Shown here in pieces: positions 48,401 through 60,400 of a DNA stretch of 64,000 nucleotides. The notes beneath the pieces were generated by a model that searched no databases, had not been told where the DNA came from, and saw only the letters and a list, made by a program, of their open reading frames with translations. The DNA lies in the NCBI RefSeq assembly GCF_036321535.1, contig NC_087457.1, positions 26,164,001 through 26,228,000 of the forward strand, written 5' to 3'. This DNA is from Camelus dromedarius (Eukaryota). The position numbers and the translations under genes are program-made. Position 1 is the first letter of the stretch, and each line of letters starts with the position of its first letter.

Positions 48401-51400
48401 GCATTTAATACTTCATAGTTTAGCCTAGCCTGCATTAAATGTGCTCAGAACATGTGCATTAGCCTGCAGTTGAGCAAAATCATCTAACACAAAGCCTATT
48501 TTATAATAAAGTGCTGAATAGCTCATGTAATTTATTGCATACTATACTTAAAGTGAAAAACAGAATGGCTGTCAGATACAGAATGGTTGTCTCAGCTGTC
48601 TACCCTCGTGACTGCACAGCTGACTGGGAGCGGAGGCTCAGTGCCGCTGCCCAACATCACAAGAGAGGACCGTACCACACATCACTAGGCCAGGAAAAGA
48701 TCAAAACTCAAAATACGGTTTCCCCNNNNNNNNNNNNNNNNNNNNNNNNNNNNNNNNNNNNNNNNNNNNNNNNNNNNNNNNNNNNNNNNNNNNNNNNNNN
48801 NNNNNNNNNNNNNNNNNNNNNNNNNNNNNNNNNNNNNNNNNNNNNNNNNNNNNNNNNNNNNNNNNNNNNNNNNNNNNNNNNNNNNNNNNAACACAGAAAT
48901 CTGTAGTGTTTTCATACACTAATAATGAACTATCAGAAAGAGAAATTAAGAAAATCCCATTTACAATTGCATCAAAAATTATAAAATACCTAGGAATAAA
49001 ATAAACCAAGGAGGTAAAAGACCTGTACACTAAAAACTACAAGCATAACTCAGAACTAGTGTGGGTTCAGTTCCAGAACACCACAATTAAGCAAATTTTA
49101 TAATAAAGCAGATCACATGACTTGCTTCTTCCATTTCCCAGTGCATGTAAGTTATGTTTACACTGTCCTGTAGTCTGTTAAGTGTGCAATACCATTGTCT
49201 TAAAAAAATGTACCTTATTTAAGAAATATTGTATTGCTAAAACATGTTAACTATCATCTAAGCCTTCAGTGAGTCATAGTAGTAACATCAAAGGTCACTA
49301 ATGATTGACCACAAAAACAAATATAATAATGGAAAAGTTTGAAATATTGTGAGAATTACGAAAATGTGACACAGAAACACAAAATGAGCAATTCTTGCTG
49401 GAAAAACTGCGAGTCATGCTCAAAGAGGGTTGCCACAAACCTTCAATTTGTAAAACACGCAGTATCTATGACGTGCCAACAAAACGAGGTACTCCTGTTA
49501 CACTTCCAAATTCTGGCACCTGGTTGTCAGGGCGCTAGAAGGATACACAATGCAGCAGGGACACTTCCCTGCTCTCGGCCTGGTAACCTTGTCTGCAGCT
49601 TAAACCTATATTCCCTCAGCCTGCAGACACTGAAACTCTGAGATGCTCTAAACCAGCAATGGCAAAAATGCTGCTCTTACGGCTTTTCAAATCATAAGCT
49701 AGAACTCAACGAAACAATGAGGTTTAGTTCCTCATATTGGAGATCATCTGACTGAGGGGTCCAGACTGGCCTGTGTGTTACCTAACCAGGCTGCAGTCTT
49801 GTGCCAGTGGCTCACACATCCTCAGGTTCGGAGACCACAAGCAAGCAGGCACAAGAGAACAAGGCTGAAGAAGCCACCGGTTTGACCATACTAGGAAGCT
49901 GATGAAACAGCTCCTGCCACTCCTGCAGAGCTCTTCAGTGGAGAAAACACCGGCCTTACTTTGCCACGTAAAGAGCATGATTTGTATATCATACGTGTTT
50001 TTACAATGTATTTTGTCTAATTAAACCTCTCAACAGTGTTGGAGAGTGCTGGTCCAACTGTCCCACTGTCACGGACCCTTCGGACATTTCAGAGCAGAAG
50101 CCAGCCACCACCATCCTCTTCTGGAGCTCAGGCCAGCCTGGTGCTTATGTCCCACGAGACCTAAGAGCTCCGAACAGAAACCTACTAGATGTCTAGCCCC
50201 TGAGCTCACTGATCACACTCTGCTCATGGTCACTGTGGGGCAGTAGTGGTAGTGTGAATCCCGGGTGACAAGTGGGCACTGACTGGTCTCTCACAGAAGT
50301 ACACAAGGGCAATCTGATAGAGAGCAGTCAATCTACTTACCTAGATCTACAAAAAGATGCTTTCCTCCTATGCTGTTCTTCACAACTAAAAATGAAAGGT
50401 CAGGACTGCTTTGCTTGGCTGACGCCAGCCCCTCCAGTTGCTTTGAATTCGATGTCCAGCACTCTCCTATATCCTCATCTGTGGACATTTTGCTAAAGGA
50501 AATTTCTTGTTTAGTTGATGTTTCAGAAAAATGGGAAAATCCATGGCCAGTTGTCTCTGGAATCGTACAATCATCTTCACTGGCAAGTAAGTGAACAGCA
50601 GGCTGTAAAATTTTTCTCACGAAATTACCTAAAGAGGGAAAAAAAGGTTACTATAATTCTTCCTCTCTGCAAACTATAATTTAAGATCTAAGCACAAGTC
50701 TACACATGACGATTTTACACAGTAAGGCTTCTATTTTTGATTTCCAGTTTTACAACTGAGTTGTTATTACAAACTGTAACACACTTCTGTACTTCCTTTT
50801 GTGCAACCTTTCACTTTTTAAATTCCCATTGACAGGGGAGTTTGGTGTGACTTATAATCATCTTAGAAGGGAAGGTTAATGTGAGAAGACTTGCTAATGT
50901 TACTAGTATGGGCCTGGGCCTAACTCACTGTCACCAAAAAAGCACCACTTTTATTAAAGCAAATTGGGTAGAACTTATAATCACAATCAATGATTAAAGA
51001 ATGCAAGGTTTATATGAGTAAACATTGCTGCCAAGATCATGCACTGAAACACAGAGAATCTCTGACACACTCTCCTTAAGTCAGGATGTTGGCAAATTTC
51101 TCAGGACTTATTCTCTCTCCTTTACCCAGCATGACGTGCCCCGAGAACCCTGACATTCACATCCATCAGTTTAAGGTTCTTGCTGCTCCTGTCTCTCCCT
51201 ATAATTGGTCATGAGGTGGATTGTGGCCTCATAAATATAAAGTCCAGAACTAAAGCAAGAAAATACATTTATTGTATGTCAACATTTATTCTAAGAACTC
51301 TAAATATTAGTGGTGCTGTCTTTATCAAGAAAACATGGTATGACAATCTGGAACTTTAAACACTCATGTATCAGTATACCACAAAATCAAGTAATAATTT

Positions 51401-54400
51401 GGTTAAATTGCTTCGTGTATAACGATACTGGAGAAATGCACCACTATAAGAAAAACTTAATTTAATTTTAACCTTTAAAACTGGTATGTTCGCGGTTTGT
51501 CACTTTATTTACCAGAGAGCTTGATCCCTAAATCATAAGGTACATATTCTCAAAGTTCAAAATTCTTTCTCCAAATTCGACTGAATTACTTCCTTACTCA
51601 AAGAAACAAATCCATTAACTTGCAAACTAAACTTCAAAATGAAAGCAAAAGCATTTGATCCTTGCAATCATGTACAGACATGATTATCTCTGGATTGAGG
51701 GAAATAAGGTAAATACTGAGTGAAAAGAAATCACGATATATCAAAAGAGAATAAAGCAATACAAACACAAAGTGATTAAGTCAATCTTCCGAGAAATGTA
51801 AAATTACATCTACTTGACCCTAAGCAGTAAGAGGAGCGAAGGTGTGGCTGGAGAACCAGTAGCAAAGGTAACGCCAGGAGGCCAGGCAGGCCTGACCTGT
51901 GGCAGGGAGCTAACATGGCCAGGCTATGATGGCGATGGAACAGTCTTAATACTGACACCGGCTCCCAGCAAACTATTCTGCTTTCTACTGCCCTTTCCCC
52001 ATCTATTACGCTCCCTTCATCATTAATATAGGGACAATTTTATTGGCTGAGAATAACTCAAAAGAATGTAACAATCACAGAAATTTCAGGTCCTATGGCA
52101 GGCTGGCAGTATTTCAGGCAGATCAAATTTGCACATTTTGCTAACAACTCACAATCTCTGACACTTACCCTAATTCCTCTTTCTGAAAGGCTGAGGACAG
52201 GAAGCAGAAATGTCAGCAAGAGATACACTGAGGGAGGGGAAACGACGGGGGGAATTTGGATTATTTCATCATCTCTGTATCTCTGGTTCTGATGGTTCAT
52301 AATCTTAGAAGCGAGAAGCCTCAGACGGCATCCCACTGTCAAGTCTGACTGTGTCTCCCGAGCCCCACTAGACTCCCACTGCTCTCCACATTAGTCACAG
52401 ACTCCTGTCTCTATACTTTTGCTTATGCTGTTCCAACAGTAAAGCCTTTCTTATCTTTGGTTATATGGTTATATGACAGAACTGGATTTAAAGCCCAGCT
52501 TTAATGGCAGCCACCTTCAGAAGATACCTGAGGCAGAGGCTGCTAATTACCCATTAGATTTCTATTCTCCACCAGATTTCTATTCTCCACTTCTCTAGAA
52601 ACAAATCCCCCTGTTTAGCCTCGTGGCCAGGAGTCACAGAGCAGACTAGTAGGAGTAAGCAGGAGTCAAGAAATACCTTGCTGAGGACTGTCTCTGCACC
52701 CTGACAGTAGAGGCCACCTCACATTCAGTCATTCACTCAGCAAATACCTATTCCACGTCACCTGTATTATGATTGCTACTGCCATTGTTCTATTAGTACA
52801 AATTGCCTCAGGAAGTGGTGAATGCTTTGACATGATCGGCACTCTCTGCCACCAGAGGGAACACAAACCTGTCTTAGGATTTGGGATGTGACAGAAATGG
52901 CTTCTCAGATGACAACACCTTAACAGACCTGGTGAACTGGTCAGTCGGCAGCATCATCAAGTGCAAAGGACCAGGGAAAATGCGGCCCTGGTGGGGGCTG
53001 AGTGAAGGACAGAGTGAGAAGAGCCACATGGTGAGAGACAAGGCCAGTGCACAGTGGGCCTCATCGTGCAAACCTTGCCACCCGGACTTTTTCCTGAAGG
53101 CAAGGAACAATCCTGTGAGGGCCTGAGGCACAGAAGTGGTATCATCAGGTCACTACAGCTGACTAGGTAAGCAAGCTGAGAGACAGCATTTCTATTTGGG
53201 TGCCTGAGTGGATGGCGGTACCACTTTGATACAGCCGTCACAGGAGAAAGAGCAAGTGTGGGGGAGGAGGTGAGGAGCCCAGTCTAGGTTGTGCTGAACT
53301 GAAGCGTCTGTGTGGGGACATTTAACAGCATAACAATCTTGGCTGCAGACATAGATCTGAGAGTCACTGACACAGATAGGAACTGAAGTCATGATAGCAG
53401 ATGATCAAGGTTACATACAGAGTGAACAGAAGGACGATGATAGATTCAACAGTTACTAATATCCAAGGGAAGAAAGAGACAGTCAGAGAAGAAATGTCCA
53501 ACTAAGCTGACAGCAAATGGGGAGGCAACAAGGAGTCCTAGGTACACAGCACACTAGGTCACTGTGACCTAGCATGGCCCCTATCTAGTAATTAGGTTCC
53601 TGACTCGTATGCTAATCCCTTTACCCTAAGTCCCTTTAAAACTGTCAGCCACTTGTTCTGAAGTGGATTACCTGTTACCTGAACGTCAGTCAAGCGTCTG
53701 CTGTTTGGACCTAGGAACACTTGCCCTATCCCTGCTTTGATATACATCAGCATTTTGGCTTCTACTCAGACCGAGGTTTTCAGTGTTCCCTTTCCATTTG
53801 TTCCCCTTTGAACTGACCTTATTTTATACCTGGGCGTATATCTCTAAATGTCCAGTCTGGAATTAATCCTCTGGCTACACTTCCAGGCTTATACATCTAA
53901 CTTCTTCCTAACCCTAAGGTTTGGCTTGGAACGATAAACAAGGCTTCCTGGGTTCTGCCTGGAACCCAAGCCCCAGTCCTCCCATACTAAAAGCTAAGGG
54001 AAGGCTGAAGCAAAGGTCAAAAATCCAGAGCTGAGGCATCACTGATTAGACTGGAATGAGGCCTCTCCCACATTTCCCAGAAAACTTCTGAAATGATTCC
54101 TGTTGGAACAGAAACCAGGAACAGGGCACACATGGCCATCCCAGTATCTACAAACAGAGGCACCAATGCCAAGGATATCTTGAATACACTGTGTCTAAAA
54201 TGTCTAGAACAGGAAGGTAGGTCTAGAACTAAGGGCAAATCCTGAAAACATGAAAAATCACAATTCATTTTTTAGGACAAGTTAACGACCATAAAACCTG
54301 ACAAACACAAGACTTAAAGAGGAAAGGGAAATACAAGTTTCTGATATAACTTCATGACTTTTTAAAAAACAGTATACTTACCAACATGAATGTTATCTTT

Positions 54401-57400
54401 AAACGCCACATCATGGAGTTGAAATATTAAATGGTGACTAAATTTTTCTTCAGTGCTAGAATCCAAGTTGAGAACACCTTCGGCTGAACAACTAACCCTG
54501 TATAACTCTTGAAGTGCTTTACAAACATGCTGAAAACACAAATAAAATGTAAATAATTAGTATTTTTTTAATTTGTTTTAAAATTTTTCCACGAGTAAAA
54601 TTCAAATATCTTGGTACAAGTAAGTCTAACCTGTTTATTTTGATATACTATCAGATTATTTATTATATAACAATTTTACCAAATTACTTATGTATTAAAA
54701 TATACATAAATTATTATACATGTTTACATTCAAAAACTCATAGGCTTTCACGATTAAAGGCCTCTTAGAACTCAAACAATTTACTGTACACATTAATCTC
54801 TAAAATCATAGTAAAAATACTTTTGTAAGCATCTCTTTAAATACCATCTATGAGTTAAAAAGTCAGTAATTCCACTACTTATAGTTTTAGTTTTCAAAAA
54901 GTACCTCACGCACATGAGCCCAAATCTACCTCCAAGAATAAGCCTCCAGGGCTGGATGGTGCTGACAACGAAGGCAGTTGTGCACGACAGGAAGGCAGCA
55001 AGCATCCGGTTAGGGGCGCATGATTTGGAGTCAGAAAGATCTAGGTTTGAGTTCTGGCTTTGCCACTTACCAGCTCTGTCACACTTTGGTCAAGTCCAAA
55101 CCAAACATCCTCAAAATGAGATAATAACAGAACCTAACTTTGGGGGCTGTTGTAAGGAGTAAAGAGAAAGTGAGAGTGAAGAGCTGACCCAGCACCTGGC
55201 ACATGCAACTGCTTAAATGCATTAGCTGCGCAGCCACAGGACAGGTCCCTTCTCCTGAGGCTCAGCCTTCTCTTTCGCAAAACTAAGGTACTAGGAACTT
55301 CTATGCAGGGTTATCTTGGGATTAGCAAAAATGTATGCACATTGCCAAATCCTTAGACACCTAACAGTTATGCAGTAAGTTGTATTTATTAATGTTACTT
55401 TGGTATTATTACAGCACACCACCTCCCACCATGCTCTCTGATCCTACTCTTCAGTAAATTCTTTCTCCGAGGCTTCCTCAATTTCCTTATCTGTATCAAA
55501 TTCCCCCTATATACTCTACCGCTCTTTGCAGCACTTACACAGCTGCAATTTATGTAATTTGGGATTATTCTGATATGTTTCCTCTACGTTACAGAAAACA
55601 TCCTCAATTACTTGTCCTCTCCTGCATCTGTAGAAATAGAACCCTGAATGTTAGCTAGCCACGAGGCTATCCAGGATAAAGACCGCGTTTCCCTGATTCC
55701 CTTGCAGTAAGGTGTGACCATACGAGTAAGTTCTGGCCAACGGGATGTGAGCAGAAGGAAAATACTCCACTTCTAGGTTATAATCTTAAAGGCAAGGGGC
55801 ATGCTCACCTCTTCTGCATTTTCTACTGACTAGAATGCAGACACAGGGGAGATGAGCCTCTTCAACAATGTAAATAAGTGCACCGTCTTATTAGAAACTG
55901 CAAAGCAACAAGTCTAGTTCCAGATAAAGTGGAGTCACATCCAGGTACTACATGAGAGGGAAATTCGTATCTTGTTTAAGCCACTTTAATTTTAGGTCTT
56001 TATTATGGCGGCAGAATCTAACCTAATTTATCATCCTCCATTAGATGATAAATTCTGCGAAGGCAGAAATCACCTCTCTTTGGGCTAACCATTGTATCCT
56101 TAGTGCCTAAGGACAGTGCTATTAGTAGAGGCTGAAAAATTTTTGATAAATAAAGTCTAGTTTTGTACTTTGGAGCTATACAGAATAAATGTAATGGCTC
56201 TGTAGGTAATAAAAATAATTATAACCTCCTTAAGTCCTCCTTCCCAAGTTAAATTTTAAATAAAATTTTAAGTTAGTATTTTATAATAACTACAAATGGA
56301 GTATAATCTATAAAAATTTTGAATCACTGTTGTACTTCTGAAACTAACACAATATGGTAAATGAACTATACCTCAACTTAAAAATTTTTAGTTATTTAAA
56401 TATTTAAGTTGTAAAACCCAGAAGTTAAAAATATATGATTATTTGAGCAATGCTACCTGTCAACATAGTTTTATAAACTGCTTTAGTACCAGAATCATTC
56501 CATTTGGCAGAAGTGGCTTACTGAAACTGTTGGTAAGTCAATAAATAAAGGGCATCATATATTATCACCAGGTATTATTAGCCAGTTATTTATTAACCAT
56601 TTGTTATAGTAACAGCTAACCTAACTTATGCCTCTTCACAGAGACTCCAAAGTAAAAGTACTTACTGGATTATACAGTTGTTAAACACAAAGTAACCAAT
56701 AAATGAAATTAATTTCAATATAATCATTTGTAAAGTAATCATTTATATTAAGTAAAATAATCCTAATAACTTTTCTACAATATGGTAAACACATTAAATA
56801 CAAATGCTGTATACTTTTAAACTCAGATTCCTACAACTTTTTCTAACTCTTGTTGATGTAAAAGATTAGTTGTTCAAGACTCATTTGGATAAGAGTGTAC
56901 AAAGAATTAGGAGGAAAACATTTTCAACACCTACATGATCTTTGCCATACCAGTGTTTATGAACCTATGTTACAAATGGGATTTGCATTAGTGTTGATCC
57001 CATCAGGGATGTTTCTAGTTTCTAATACAATGTAGTACTTTTTGGTTAACGGTCTAATCATATTTAAGTGCTAGTGAAAAATCTCTGAATCTTAATTACT
57101 TGTTAGCCACACAGAGCCTACATAATAAATCCCACCTTAAACTGTAGAAGTATATTATATACCAGAAAAGTCAATATCTATAGATTATTAAAAACATAAT
57201 TAAGATTAAAAATTAAACACAATTTACCAACTATAATGAAAACATTTGAATTTATTTTTAAGAGTCCAATAGCTATTTTAAGAAAAACATAATTTTTAGG
57301 TCTTTTTGGGGGGAGGTACTTATATACATTTCTTTTGCTTCAAAGCCAGGAGAAAGCTAACATTATGATTTTTTACAAAACAGTATTTGCATACATTTTT

Positions 57401-60400
57401 CAAATAAATTTGAAATAAAACATGCAGAGCCAACATAATCAGCAGATATTCCTAAATCAAAAACATTTTTATTTAGATATATTTTTAACATTATAGAATG
57501 AGTCATCACAGTTAACATCTAAAAGAAAAAATAATTAATCAATAAATGTTAATAATACCTACTCTGAGATCAAATGTCAATATAATTTTAGTAAAACTTA
57601 ATGCCATAAAATCTTAAAAGATTTTATAAACAAACCTAATAGAGCTTAGTTGCACAAGCCCATATTCCTTTTATTCCTAACTTCTTGGTTGACACTAAGA
57701 AATCAAAAATATATACTAGAACTATACTTTTTTCTCTTTGTTAAAAACAAAGAACTGATCATTGTATTTCTAGACCAGATTTTGCCAAAAACTAGCCGTA
57801 GGACCTGGAGTTGGAATTAATTCTCTCTAGGCTTTAGCTTCCTCATTTATGATGGTGTAAGAATAGTTTCCATAATTTCTGCTAGTTCAAAACTTATGAC
57901 ACTATTTTCATCAAAATTTTCTTGAAGCTTATTCTCAGTACTGTTTTTACAGTAAAAATTACTTAGCCTAATCTTCACCAGAGTCAACTACTTGTAAGTC
58001 AAAGAATTAACATGTAATTAAGAAGCAGAAAATTCCCAAACTGCCATCTTTCTCAAAGCTTTTTTTAACTAGATATGGTAATATAATGAAATATACGGAC
58101 ATTAAACTGAAACTTCCTTCTTTTTAGAAGTTTCCTCAGAGAAGTGATATTAAGAAATGAAAGTCAAAAGGAAGAGTAACAAGAAAAAAAGAGAAACACA
58201 GAACCTATATACTACGTAGGCTGGATTCATTTAATGAATGAGTAAGTGAAAAGCTACATAGGTAGCTGTAAGGAGAAAAACCTGAGTCTGTAATTTACCT
58301 CAATGAGTAATGCAACCATCTTTTCCCCATCAGCTCCTGGATTGGCAAGTTTGTTAAATTCCAAATCAAAATAAAGCTTGCACACAGCATTTTCAGGAAT
58401 GACTTCATAGCAGTGTAAAAGATGTCTTCTGAATTGAATAATTCAAGATTGTTAGGTTTCTATCTCATACCTTCTAAATCACAGAAGTTGCTCTTATATA
58501 TCAAGATACCGTATTAACTGTGATTTAACAACATAACTATATTACAATAAAAACAAGAGAACGTGAACAACCGTTCACCACAGGTTTATGGATGACAGTA
58601 TCAAGTTTCCATCAAACAAGTATCAAGCTTCCATCATATTCTGTAACATTACTTAACTGGAAAATACAGTCAACTTCATACTGTTATTTATTCACAAGTG
58701 ATTCTGATATTAGGTAACACTTGTATATTTGCTTTTGGTATCACCATGAAGTAAATTTTGAGAAAAGAATTTTCTCAAACTGGGAAACCAGGATCATGCA
58801 TTCTTGGGATTCCATAAGTTTTTTAATAGGAATTTTTAAGTTTTATATTTTCATTAGGAATATTTAAAAAACGGGTTAAAAACATTCTGAATCACCTGAC
58901 TTCAACGAGCTTTCAAGGCTCACGTTTGCTATTATATTCTCATTGGTATCAAGAGGCATGACTTTGACATGGGTTATTATGAACAGACGTCGACTTGATT
59001 AGTAAATGATAAACTGTGCTTAGCGAAGTTCGGATGGCATCGTATCCAGATAAAAGGTTTTTGGTGATCTGAACGAGGAAACGTGATGGGGGAATTGTCA
59101 TCACGTGGCACAGGTAGTACAGGAACTCAAAACACCCCGCGACACACAATTTGTTTCTCCCAGCACTGCGATAATTCAGTGTTGCTATGACAAGGAAACT
59201 TCCAGATTCAATTCCAACAGTAAAGGAGTAACTAACTGTGTGACTGAGAATTACGAAAGCCAAGGCAGCCTGATTTAATTTCACAAGAATTTCCACAAGA
59301 ATTATGTAACTTTAGTTTAATGTGTTGTCCTTTACAAACTACTTACCGGGATTTATAATAGAACCAAAGTTGAGCATAGGTTGTTACAAGGTAAATACGT
59401 TGACCATCGTCCACTTTCCATTCTAAAGCAAATACATGAACGTCCTTTATAAAATCAAAAATAATGTCCAAAAATTTAAATGCAAATTTAAAATCAACTG
59501 TGGCTATTAAATGTTCATACATATTCATTCAAATTTTCAAAAACTAGAATATGAACATCTATATTATTAAAAACAAGAAAATTAATCACTAGATCTATGC
59601 CAATCAAAATCTAGTTATTTGTATTTATTTATATTTAGTCACTCAGCTAATACCTGTTCAAGGAAGAAATAATTAGAACATCCGGACTTTAAAAAAAAAA
59701 AAACCAGAAAAACTAGAACAGTTGAAAAATGATTTAACTTCTACTATACTTTTATTTGCTAGTTTATGAAATTGAACTTATCTTTTAAAACTACATAAAC
59801 ATTATTATAAATGATTTGACCTAAAATTAATAAATCCTCTCAAACATATAAAAACACACAGGAACCATTTTTTAAAATGTATTCGTATGTTAATCTTAGA
59901 AGTTTAAGGAAAGTTTTTTAATGCTTAACTTTAACGAGTAACTATAAATTGTTTTACCTATGAAAAACCAATTTTTTTAAGGTTAATTGCTGTGGCCCTT
60001 GATGTAACTCTGCTGCCATAGTTTCTTCTAATAAAGGAATACACAAGTTCTTTCATTTCCACTTAGCTAGAGGTAGCTGTTGAGCCTGCAACTTCTATTT
60101 TCATGAGAGAGATAAAAAGATTAAGTAACGCAACCCTATTAAAAATCTTCAGGATAAATTTTATAAATTGGTGATTGGTAAATTCAATAATCATATAGCT
60201 ATACATATATTTTTTAAATTCAAGATCAAATGAATCTGTCAGTATTTTGATATCTGAATTAGCTTTACGCAAAATGAGCACAAAAGGTTTTTCTATTTCC
60301 TATTCTCATGAGATGTGAGTGAGCCTCCTTTACTAGGGAAAGTCCTCCTCCTGAAAAACTTTTAGCACTTTGAGTTTTTATACATCATCAATGATCAGAA

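Noticed and set aside
45000-49039. L1 ORF1/ORF2 as an active or domesticated element
   Set aside because: Multiple stops, deletions, two Tigger insertions and a missing 3' end.
54425-54445. PrimPol motif II reads SHH rather than human SRH
   Set aside because: The middle position of SxH is variable in the family and both conserved residues are intact.
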